This document shows positions 38,991 through 47,471 of a DNA stretch of 64,000 bases, piece after piece. This stretch comes from Oceanispirochaeta sp. (lineage in GTDB: Bacteria; Spirochaetota; Spirochaetia; DSM-2461): assembly GCA_963666275.2 (NCBI GenBank), contig CAXXOA010000001.1, forward strand, positions 512,001-576,000, read 5' to 3'. The notes under the pieces were generated by a model. The model did no database searches. It was not told where the DNA came from and saw nothing but the letters and a program-made list of their open reading frames with translations. Numbering within the stretch: the stretch's first letter is position 1; each line of letters opens with the position of its first letter. Made by a program: the position numbers and the translations under genes.

Positions 38991-40103
38991 ATGGAAGCAA
39001 AAGAAAAGAAGTGGCTCACCACAGATTATCCTGAAATCATTTTTGAAGATAACGAAGTCGGTAGACTGAAAAAAAAGATCTTCGACGCCCCCATGAATGA
39101 GATTGAGAAGATTCTGGAAGATTATGGGGTGGGAGCTGAGTCGGAACTGGGAAAAGCAGGATGCTATATCCAGAACACACCCCGAAAAGAAGCGATAGAA
39201 AAAAGAAAGAATAATGATGTTGTCCTTGTTCCAATTGGTTGTACGGAAAATCATGGCGATCATGCTAATACAGGTTTGGACACCTTTATGGTTACACAGA
39301 TCTGTGAAGCCGTGAGGAGAAAAACTGCAAAACAAGGAAGGGAAGTGAATCTTGCCTTTACTCCTATCAACTATGGAGGGCATCCCTATCACCACATGGG
39401 AATGCCCGGGACTATGATAATTCCCCCCGAGGTTGTAAGGGAAATGCTTATCTACACAATGTTGGGGCTTTGGAATGATGGATACCGGAAAATCATTCTT
39501 TTCAATAATCACGGACATCTATGGACTCTTGTCGATGCTATACAGGAGTTTATGAAACGTTTTCAGCTTCCTGCTGTCGTGCAGGTTATTGACTGGCATA
39601 GGGCCATTCGTGAGTTTTTCATGCCCATAGACAGGGAAGACTCTCTAACTACGAACTTTATCCATGCTGATGAGGCGGAAACCGCTGTGGGACTTCTGAT
39701 GTTCAAGGATATGATTAATATGGAATATGTTCGTGATGCGGAAGGAGAGAGGTTTCTCCCCGAAGGTCATTTTGACCTTTCGGTGGATCCGTATCGTCGC
39801 CCCCATAGATGGTCTGAAGGGGAAGGGCATATTGCCATTGAAAGATTCGCGACTCCCGAAGGTGTAGTTGGCGCTCCGAGTCGTGCTACAGCTGAGAAAG
39901 CTAAACGTCCTATTGCGGCTATCTGTGAGTATATGACCATGGTAGTCAATGATATTCTGGAAGCTTTCCCTCCTGGAAAAGTGCCTGAGAAAGTATCACT
40001 ACGTTCAGATGAAGAGTTAGCTCCTTTTCTGAAAGAACCCTGGACAGAAGGATGGAAGTCTGTTTATGAGCTGCCTCATATGGGACCGTTCCATAAGGGG
40101 TGA
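38991..40103 (+). CDS. iolN: 3-dehydro-scyllo-inosose hydrolase, copy 2
   Basis: 369/370 aa identical to 29758-30870 (K74N only). Confidence 0.85.
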   Translation: MEAKEKKWLTTDYPEIIFEDNEVGRLKKKIFDAPMNEIEKILEDYGVGAESELGKAGCYIQNTPRKEAIEKRKNNDVVLVPIGCTENHGDHANTGLDTFMVTQICEAVRRKTAKQGREVNLAFTPINYGGHPYHHMGMPGTMIIPPEVVREMLIYTMLGLWNDGYRKIILFNNHGHLWTLVDAIQEFMKRFQLPAVVQVIDWHRAIREFFMPIDREDSLTTNFIHADEAETAVGLLMFKDMINMEYVRDAEGERFLPEGHFDLSVDPYRRPHRWSEGEGHIAIERFATPEGVVGAPSRATAEKAKRPIAAICEYMTMVVNDILEAFPPGKVPEKVSLRSDEELAPFLKEPWTEGWKSVYELPHMGPFHKG

Positions 40104-40106
40104 AGA

Positions 40107-40928
40107 ATGAAATATTCAATGTGTTTATCAACAAATCCAGCAAAATTTGATGCAGTTCCCTTTAAAGGGAATTTTGAGACAAATGTAGGAAAAATATCAG
40201 AAATTGGTTTTGACGGTATTGAACTTGCTATTCGGGACCCGAAGTTAATTGATCAGGAACATATTCTTATGGTTCTAGAAAAGGAAGGCATGGCCGTGCC
40301 GGCAATAGGTACGGGGCAAGCCTGGGGAGAAGAAGGTTTATCATTTACAGATCCAGATGAACGTATACGTGTGAAAGCTATAGATAGAGTCATTTCTCAC
40401 ATAGATTTTGCTGAGAAATCTGGTGGAATCATCATTATAGGCCTGCTGAGAGGCATTACAAGATCTGATGTATCAAGAGATACTGCTTTCGACCAGATGC
40501 GGGAGGCTTTTAAGGTATGCTGTGCAAAAGCTGCTGTGAAAAATGTCAAAATTGCTTTTGAACCGATTAACCGTTATGAAACTTCGCTTCTAAATTCTGT
40601 TCGAGAAGGGTTGGATTTTATTGACGGGATTGGAGCAGAAAATCTGGGAATGCTGCTGGATACATTTCATATGAACATTGAAGAGCCTTCCATCTCTGAC
40701 AGTATCAGGCTTGCTGGTGATAGGATGTTTCATTTTCATTATGCCGATTCGAACAGATTATACCCTGGGTGTGGACATATAGATTTCCAGATCATTATGG
40801 AGACTCTTTCTCATATAGGTTATGACGGATTTGTTTCTGGTGAGCATAAAGCGGATCCTGCAGCCAGTATCTCCGCTCTAAGAGGGTTGGAGTATTTAAA
40901 AAGCATCGAAAAAAGATTGGTCGGATGA
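40107..40928 (+). CDS. iolO: 5-keto-L-gluconate epimerase (IolO-like)
   Basis: FDAVPFKG, ELAIRDP, AIGTGQA, IIGLLRG, EPINRYET, DTFHMNIEE, ADSNRxxPGCGH as recalled from Thermotoga IolO; adjacent to iolN. Confidence 0.85.
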   Translation: MKYSMCLSTNPAKFDAVPFKGNFETNVGKISEIGFDGIELAIRDPKLIDQEHILMVLEKEGMAVPAIGTGQAWGEEGLSFTDPDERIRVKAIDRVISHIDFAEKSGGIIIIGLLRGITRSDVSRDTAFDQMREAFKVCCAKAAVKNVKIAFEPINRYETSLLNSVREGLDFIDGIGAENLGMLLDTFHMNIEEPSISDSIRLAGDRMFHFHYADSNRLYPGCGHIDFQIIMETLSHIGYDGFVSGEHKADPAASISALRGLEYLKSIEKRLVG

Positions 40929-41086
40929 GAGAGTCCAATTAATGACTGAAGCTGTGCTCAACTAATCAGTATCTGAATAATAGTACTCTATTCAGAAGAG
41001 TTCTGATCATAGGCTACTTGTTCCAACTATTTAATAATACGTTGTGCGAAATAGTCAATCAAAGAATAAAGATGAGGAAAAATATT

Positions 41087-42592
41087 ATGACAACCTATTT
41101 AGAACCATTGAAAATAGTCGGGGGATTACCTGAAAATCCTATGATAAACAAAGAACTCTTCCCTTGCCTGAAAGATGTTAGGCTTTTTGAAAAATCTTTC
41201 AGAATAAAGAATGGCGTCCTATTTTTCTCTATAAGGCAAAATGATAAAGATTTACTTGTGGTGAGCTCTCCTAAAGATATGCCCTGGCCTTTTCAGGGGG
41301 TTGAAATTGAAAACCGTGAAGGTAGTACAATATTATGCGAAGAAAACAGATGGAATTCTAATTTGCTTGTATCTATATTTCCTGATCTGGAACCATCTCC
41401 TATTGGCAAGGAGGCATCTACATTTGGTGTAGGAGATCGACTGGGGAGCGCTTCAATAGGTCATATAAATAGTTTTTCACTCTATCCGGAATATATTCCT
41501 ATTCTGGCGCAGCAGTCTTTAAGAGAACTACAGTTGACAGGAAGAACTTACCGCGAGGTTATTGATGCTTCTGTTTGGGGTGTCTTTAAAACGGGTTATA
41601 GAGGATTATGGGGAGCAGATGGTGATCATCTAAAAGATATTGAAGCCGCAAAATCAGCATTGGAGCAGGGATGCACCATGATAACCGCAGATCTATCAGA
41701 TTTTTTGGACTCAGAAATAGAAAAGCTTGATAACTTGACCGTACTGAAAAAATATAAAGGGATAAACAAATCGTACCGGGAAAGGGTTGAATCCTTTTAT
41801 GGAAATATAGAAAGGTATGGCAATGATATTGAGTTGGATTTTTCAAAAGTAAAACTAGCAAGGATTGTATTGGTTTATAAAAAAGCACTGGAATTTGCTC
41901 AAGTCCTATACAGGGAATGTTCAGTGATAAAAGAATCTTTTGACTTTGAAATTTCAGTTGATGAAACTGCCTTTGAAACCTCTTTGGAGGCTCATTATTT
42001 TATTGCTTGTGAATTGAGGGAATTGAATATCTTATATACAGGTATTGCTCCCCGTTATGTGGGAGAATTTCAGAAAGGAATCGATTATATAGGAGATCTG
42101 GAAAAGTTCAGAAAGAATTTCAGCCTGCATGCCAAAATGGCAAAACTCATGGGGCATAAGATTTCAATTCATTCATCAAGCGATAAATTTTCCGTTTATC
42201 CTATTATTAAAGAGATGAAAGAGGGGCCCTGTCATTTAAAAACATCAGGAACAAACTGGTTAGTTGCATTGCAGGTAATTGCGGCTACTGAATATCAATT
42301 GTTTAGAGATCTATTTGACAAAGCCTATGAAGTGTATGATATCTCCAAAACTTATTATCATGTTACTCCTGACTGGTCTTTGAAAACAAAAATTGGTCTA
42401 TTATGTAATACAGATTTATACAAAGTTTTTTCAAATAATACTGATAGACAGGTACTGCATGTGTCTTATGGAGAAATAAAAAAATCAGAAGATATCTGGG
42501 GTAGGTTTCAAAATGCTTTGTCCCAAAATCAAGATCTCTATAATAAGTTTCTCGAAAGACATATAGGTTACCATTTGTTTTTACTGAGCTAA
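41087..42592 (+). CDS. uxaE: Tagaturonate/fructuronate epimerase (UxaE family)
   Basis: FGVGDRLG, LAQQSLREL, GADGDHLK, FEISVDET, GEFQKGIDY, HLKTSGTNW, LHVSYG; ATG 41087 preferred. Confidence 0.88.
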   Translation: MTTYLEPLKIVGGLPENPMINKELFPCLKDVRLFEKSFRIKNGVLFFSIRQNDKDLLVVSSPKDMPWPFQGVEIENREGSTILCEENRWNSNLLVSIFPDLEPSPIGKEASTFGVGDRLGSASIGHINSFSLYPEYIPILAQQSLRELQLTGRTYREVIDASVWGVFKTGYRGLWGADGDHLKDIEAAKSALEQGCTMITADLSDFLDSEIEKLDNLTVLKKYKGINKSYRERVESFYGNIERYGNDIELDFSKVKLARIVLVYKKALEFAQVLYRECSVIKESFDFEISVDETAFETSLEAHYFIACELRELNILYTGIAPRYVGEFQKGIDYIGDLEKFRKNFSLHAKMAKLMGHKISIHSSSDKFSVYPIIKEMKEGPCHLKTSGTNWLVALQVIAATEYQLFRDLFDKAYEVYDISKTYYHVTPDWSLKTKIGLLCNTDLYKVFSNNTDRQVLHVSYGEIKKSEDIWGRFQNALSQNQDLYNKFLERHIGYHLFLLS

Positions 42593-42689
42593 AAATAATT
42601 AAAAGTTGTATGATTTTTTTAAAAAGATATCATCTTATTATGAAAAAAGAGGTTAAATTAGTTGGAAAAAAATAATAGAAATGCAAAGG

Positions 42690-43598
42690 TCAATCATCAG
42701 ATTCTGATGTAGTTGTATGAATTAGAACAATGGCTACTATTACTAATGTAATTCCAAAAATTATCCAGAAATTTAGACTATCATCTAAAAAAAAGATGGA
42801 TAAAAAAACACCAAATAGGGGAGTAAGAAATTTAAATGCAGATGCGCTGCCAACACCAATAACATATATGGCTTTATGATACAAAGTTGCGGCAAAAGCT
42901 GTGGCAATAAACGAGATATGAAAAATTCCAAACCAAATTCCCATGCTCATATGTGTAAGATAGTTAAAATCAGATTTACCAATTAGAGTTGCACAAAATA
43001 ATGCGATTGTGCCAGAAAGTGTTGCTATGAAAGTAGGAATAATAGTTCCATATTTTTGTACATGCCCTTTCATTTCAACATAGAATATACTTATTAGTAT
43101 TGAAGCTACGATACAGAGAAAATTTCCAGTAATAAAGGAGGCTCCTCCAATAATATTAGAGAGAGAACTGCGACTTACTACCAAAATAATTCCAATACTT
43201 CCAAGTATTAGACCGTGAAAATGCAGCCTACCATGGTTTTCCTTAAGTAAAATTATGCCGAAGGCTGTCATGAAAATTGGTTGGGAGTTAATAATTATCG
43301 AACTGCTAGATGGTGTTGTGAGTCTCAAACCGAAATCAAAAAGTAAAGCAAATATTGCTATGCCTATAATTCCGGAAATTGATAAACGAAGCATTTCATT
43401 CATGGATGGACTATGGATTTTTTTCCGGTTGATAAGATAGGATGGGATTAGCGCTATTGTGGTAATAAAGTATCGAAGAAATGATAACAAAATGGGATTC
43501 ATTCCATTATTTAATAGTTCTTTGGTAATCGGATGAATTGCGCCCCATGAAAAGGCGCACAACGTTAGAATTACTGTCCATTTTACTGGTTTTTTCAT
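42690..43598 (-). CDS. DMT/EamA-family transporter
   Basis: About 10 TM helices, two EamA repeats (SWG...LLSFLRY; QPIF...LLKE; LTPLFGV...FLDD). Confidence 0.9.
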   Translation of the reverse strand: MKKPVKWTVILTLCAFSWGAIHPITKELLNNGMNPILLSFLRYFITTIALIPSYLINRKKIHSPSMNEMLRLSISGIIGIAIFALLFDFGLRLTTPSSSSIIINSQPIFMTAFGIILLKENHGRLHFHGLILGSIGIILVVSRSSLSNIIGGASFITGNFLCIVASILISIFYVEMKGHVQKYGTIIPTFIATLSGTIALFCATLIGKSDFNYLTHMSMGIWFGIFHISFIATAFAATLYHKAIYVIGVGSASAFKFLTPLFGVFLSIFFLDDSLNFWIIFGITLVIVAIVLIHTTTSESDD

Positions 43599-43695
43599 TA
43601 AGATTATCTCCATGGAAGTTTACTTAAGATTTCTTTTCACTCCAGATTTAAACATAAGTTATATGATTCAAATATCTGGAATCATTAACTAAAAA

Positions 43696-43713
43696 ATCAT
43701 ATGATCAGATGAT
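43696..43713. promoter_or_regulatory. FadR/GntR-type operator upstream of the DMT gene
   Basis: ATCATATGATCAGATGAT. Confidence 0.7.
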
Positions 43714-43781
43714 ATGTTGTAAGATGTTTTTTGAAAAGTCGAGTGTATAAACAAAAAATAAGATTTAATTGCTTCAAATCC

Positions 43782-43831
43782 TTGACTATAAATATTTCTA
43801 TGATATTATTAACATCATATGATCAGATGTA
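43782..43831 (+). promoter_or_regulatory. Promoter plus FadR-type operator of the 43921 gene
   Basis: TTGACT-N16-TATTAT (TGn), then ATCATATGATCAGATGTA at 43814-43831. Confidence 0.7.
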
Positions 43832-43920
43832 GATATTGAGATGCTTAAATTATTTATTAGTTTTATATTAGGAAAGAAATATAAATATTTGTTAGTAAAT
43901 CATAGAAATAGGAAGAAATA

Positions 43921-44391
43921 ATGTCCAAGGTTAAATTGATTGATGATAAAAACTGGAAGAATTTAGTCCAGTTTATTACTGCAAATATTTTTCTTCTAGC
44001 TATGTTATTTGTAATGTTTATCTCCCTATTTCAGAATAAGGAAGAGAGTTATATCAAAATATTTTTTTTACTGGTATTTATTCTCTGTCTGATTATTTTT
44101 ATACATTCCTATATGGCTTGGTTCTGTTCATGGATTTGTTTAGAAGTTGACTCAACTGATCAGGAAATTACTCTTACCTATTACTTTAAAAAGCCAAGAA
44201 AAATCAAAATACCATTCGATCATATTAAAGAAATTTTCCTTGATATAGATGTGAATCATAATGCTGAGATTGGTGTAAGAGAAACGTTCTTTATTCGAAT
44301 TGAAACAAAAAATGGAAAATCCATCACAGAAAAACTAAATACCTTTCCTAGAATTCCAGATAATTTTAAGATTTCTATTAATAGAAGATAG
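43921..44391 (+). CDS. Hypothetical membrane protein (2 TM plus soluble beta-rich tail)
   Basis: Open 156-aa ORF with AGGAAG RBS, own promoter and terminator. Confidence 0.65.
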   Translation: MSKVKLIDDKNWKNLVQFITANIFLLAMLFVMFISLFQNKEESYIKIFFLLVFILCLIIFIHSYMAWFCSWICLEVDSTDQEITLTYYFKKPRKIKIPFDHIKEIFLDIDVNHNAEIGVRETFFIRIETKNGKSITEKLNTFPRIPDNFKISINRR

Positions 44392-44484
44392 TTCTGAATT
44401 GAATCTGGGAATGATTGAACAAAAAGTTATTAAAAATTAGTGGGATGTTTTATAGACCTCCAACCTTGAGCATTTCATTAATCC

Positions 44485-44520
44485 CAGACCGGATAGGCTC
44501 ACTATCCGGTCTGTTTTATT
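44485..44520 (+). terminator. Rho-independent terminator at the right end of the island
   Basis: CAGACCGGATAG-GCTCA-CTATCCGGTCTG-TTTTATT. Confidence 0.85.
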
Positions 44521-44562
44521 AAAACCTAAAACTTAATCTTATGTTGAAAAGATTTTGATATT

Positions 44563-46398
44563 TCAATACCCCAGAAACTCCCGGATCTTCGGCAGAAATA
44601 CAGGTCCGTACTGTTCCAGTTTGGTTTCTCCCACCCCGGAAACCCGCAGAAAGCCGCTGTTGTCCACCGGTTTCAGAGCGCTCATCTCCCGTAGGGTTTT
44701 GTCCGAGAAGATTACATAGGGGGGGACATTCTTCTGCCGGGCCAGCTCGGTCCGTACAGCTTTGAGCAGATCAAAAAGGCTTTTGTCGTAGCGGTTGGTT
44801 CCAGCCAGGGCATCTTCTCTCTCGCCGGGAACCTTCGGCAGGGTATCTTCTTTTTTAAGAATGAAAAAGGGCTCCCTCCCGAACAGGATATTCCTGCCTT
44901 TCTCTGTTAATTTCAGAGCATTGTAGGATTCTCCGTCCTGATAGACAGCCTTCTGGCTTATCAGCTCCTCAACTATACCGCGCCACCACTTTTTGCTCTT
45001 GTCTTTGCCTACACCATAGGTTTTGATTTTGTCATGACCGGTTTTCCGGATCTTCTCTGTATCCGCCCCCTGAACAATGTCTATGATATGGGTCAGGCCG
45101 AAACGTTCCTCCGTCCGAATCACCGCGGAGAGGATCTTCTGGGCATCTACCGAGCCGTTAACCCGTTCGGTGGAACCGGTGCAGATATCGCAGAACCCGC
45201 AGTCATCCTCTGCCGGTTCATCAAAGTATTCGAGGATCTGTTTCCGGCGGCATACGTTGACCGAAGCGAAGCTGGCCATCCTCTGCATATTCCGCCGGGC
45301 TTTTTCCTTCTCTTCGGGATTCTCCATTTTATCAATAAAATACTGGAGTTTCACAAGGTCTCCCGCAGAGTAGAGGAGCAGGCAGTGGGACTCCAGTCCG
45401 TCCCGGCCGGCCCTTCCTGTCTCCTGGTAGTAGCCTTCCATACTTTTGGGAAGGTCCCCATGGATCACATAGCGGATATTGCTCTTGTCAATTCCCATAC
45501 CGAAGGCGATGGTGGCCACGATCACATCCGCTTCGTCCCGGTTGAACATCTCCTGATTCTCTTCCCTCTCCGCCTGGGCTAGCCCGGCGTGGTAGGGAAG
45601 AGCCCTGACCCCCCGGCCCGCCAGGTGGGCGGCTGTTTTCTCCACATCCTTCCGGCTGGTCCGGTAGACAATACCCGCCTGACCGGTATGGTCCATAATA
45701 AAGGCTGTTATCTGTTTGAGGACCTTCTCCTTTCTTTCCACCCTGTAGAAGAGCTCCTTTCTATTGAACGAGGCTCTCACGGTAAAAGGACTTTTCAGCC
45801 TGAGGATCCGGATAATATCATCCTGAACCTTCCGGGTGGCCGTAGCTGTAAAGGCGGCAATAGGAATATCAGGAAATGCCTCTCTGATCCGGCTCAGAAC
45901 AAGATAGTCCGGGCGGAAGTCGTGTCCCCATTCGGAAAGGCAGTGGGCTTCATCCACCGCAAAGAATCTGACGGGGAGTTCTTTCAGCTTTTCAAGATAC
46001 CCCTCCAGAGCGAGCCTTTCGGGGGAGATATAGAGCAGTTTTATTTCGCCGCTGTAAAGCCGGGCATAGACAGATGCCGCTTCGTCCGCTTTCAGGGTAC
46101 TGTTGATAAAGGCCGCCGGAATGCCCGATTCTCTGGCTCCGTCCACCTGATCTTTCATCAGGGCGATCAGGGGGCTTATCACTATGGTCAGCCCTTCCAG
46201 GCAGAGGGCCGGTATCTGATAGCAGAGGGATTTTCCTCCCCCTGTGGGCATGGAGGCAAAGACATCCTTTCCGGCCAGAACAGACAGTATGATTCTTTCC
46301 TGATTGGGACGGAACGAGTCATAACCGAAGGTTCTTTTCAGAACATTTAGGATGCTGGGACTGTCAGGAGCTTTTTCCTGGGTAGCTGAATGGGACAT
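44563..46398 (-). CDS. recQ: ATP-dependent DNA helicase RecQ
   Basis: MPTGGGKSLCYQ, VDEAHCLSEWGHDFRP, YYQETGRAGRDG, Zn-binding Cys, RQC and HRDC domains; ATG 46398 preferred. Confidence 0.97.
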   Translation of the reverse strand: MSHSATQEKAPDSPSILNVLKRTFGYDSFRPNQERIILSVLAGKDVFASMPTGGGKSLCYQIPALCLEGLTIVISPLIALMKDQVDGARESGIPAAFINSTLKADEAASVYARLYSGEIKLLYISPERLALEGYLEKLKELPVRFFAVDEAHCLSEWGHDFRPDYLVLSRIREAFPDIPIAAFTATATRKVQDDIIRILRLKSPFTVRASFNRKELFYRVERKEKVLKQITAFIMDHTGQAGIVYRTSRKDVEKTAAHLAGRGVRALPYHAGLAQAEREENQEMFNRDEADVIVATIAFGMGIDKSNIRYVIHGDLPKSMEGYYQETGRAGRDGLESHCLLLYSAGDLVKLQYFIDKMENPEEKEKARRNMQRMASFASVNVCRRKQILEYFDEPAEDDCGFCDICTGSTERVNGSVDAQKILSAVIRTEERFGLTHIIDIVQGADTEKIRKTGHDKIKTYGVGKDKSKKWWRGIVEELISQKAVYQDGESYNALKLTEKGRNILFGREPFFILKKEDTLPKVPGEREDALAGTNRYDKSLFDLLKAVRTELARQKNVPPYVIFSDKTLREMSALKPVDNSGFLRVSGVGETKLEQYGPVFLPKIREFLGY

Positions 46399-46466
46399 TC
46401 TACCTATCTTATTGATTATTTTGCATTCGCGCATCAAAATCACCGGGAAAATTGGCAAAAAAGGGT

Positions 46467-46496
46467 AAAAAAAAGCGGCCTGGAAATCCAGGCCGC
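46467..46496 (-). terminator. Rho-independent terminator of the second sugar ABC operon
   Basis: Minus strand GCGGCCTGG-ATTT-CCAGGCCGC followed by T8. Confidence 0.9.
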
Positions 46497-46521
46497 AAGG
46501 GTACACAAAAAAGAGATTCTA

Positions 46522-47469
46522 TCAGGCAATAGCCCGTTTTTTCTGAAATGTATCGAAACCGACCGCCAGGATCAGAACCAGACCTTTTACAATCATCTGG
46601 GTGTAGTTACTGATATTCAGGAGTACCATTCCGTTGGTGAGGACACCGATGATCAGTACACCGGCTATAACTCCCGAGATCTTTCCGAAACCACCAGTAA
46701 TGGAAACTCCTCCCAGTACAACACAGGTAATAACATCAAACTCGTATCCCAGACCGGCAGTGGGCTGGGCCGAATTGGTTCTGGAGAGCATAACAATTCC
46801 CGCAAGACCGGCAAAAAATCCGGACAGAGCAAAAATCAGGTATTTGATCCGGCCGACGCGGATTCCCGAAAGTTCCGCCGCTTCTTCATTTCCACCAACC
46901 GCATAGAAGTATCTTCCGAAGTAGGTCTTGTTCAATATCAGGGCTCCTACGGCAAAACAGACAGCCATGATGATAACCGGAACGGGGACAGGACCGAGGT
47001 ATCCCTGACCGATTACCTTGAACCGGGGGTCAAAGCCGTAGATCGGTGTTCCCCCTGAGATCAGATAGGCCGATCCGGCAAATACGGTCTGAGTGGCGAA
47101 GGTGGCGATAATGGCCGGCATTCCTACGGTTGAGATCAGAAATCCGTTGATTAAACCGATCAGAGTTGCCATGACCACAGAGACAAGAACCGCTTCGGCC
47201 ATACCGAATCCCATATTCACCATCAGATAGGCACAGACAACATTCACAATGGTGATGACAGAACCGATGGAAAGGTCAATTCCTGCAATCAGAATAACAA
47301 AGGTCATACCGATTGAGGCAATACCGTACATGGATACCTGTCTGGCGACTGTAAAAAGGTTGTTCATTGACAGGAACCTGTGGTTCGCCGAGGTAAAGAA
47401 AACAACCAGAAGTAAAAGCACTATCCAGATGGCGCTTTTTTTAACATTATTTATAATTTTATCCTTCAT
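46522..47469 (-). CDS. Sugar ABC transporter permease
   Basis: AGIDLS, TYFGRYFYAVGGNEEAA, YEFDVITCVVLGG. Confidence 0.95.
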   Translation of the reverse strand: MKDKIINNVKKSAIWIVLLLLVVFFTSANHRFLSMNNLFTVARQVSMYGIASIGMTFVILIAGIDLSIGSVITIVNVVCAYLMVNMGFGMAEAVLVSVVMATLIGLINGFLISTVGMPAIIATFATQTVFAGSAYLISGGTPIYGFDPRFKVIGQGYLGPVPVPVIIMAVCFAVGALILNKTYFGRYFYAVGGNEEAAELSGIRVGRIKYLIFALSGFFAGLAGIVMLSRTNSAQPTAGLGYEFDVITCVVLGGVSITGGFGKISGVIAGVLIIGVLTNGMVLLNISNYTQMIVKGLVLILAVGFDTFQKKRAIA

Positions 47470-47471
47470 CT

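Larger units (their letters stand above)
25980..44555. other. AT-rich accessory island (IS481 plus cyclitol catabolism)
   Basis: Visible shift to AT-rich sequence and A/T-ending codons between the STAS gene and recQ; IS at the left edge; boundaries approximate. Confidence 0.7.

Noticed and set aside
29758..40103. iolN duplication as an assembly artefact or a diversity-generating retroelement TR/VR pair
   Set aside because: Differences are third-position synonymous rather than adenine-specific, both copies are full genes with promoters, and no reverse transcriptase is present
25980..44555. Island as an integrative element, prophage or composite transposon
   Set aside because: No integrase, tRNA, att-like direct repeats or second IS copy was found at the boundaries
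46399..46506. 36-aa N-terminal extension of RecQ in the ORF track
   Set aside because: It overlaps the terminator of the upstream ABC operon; ATG 46398 is the plausible start
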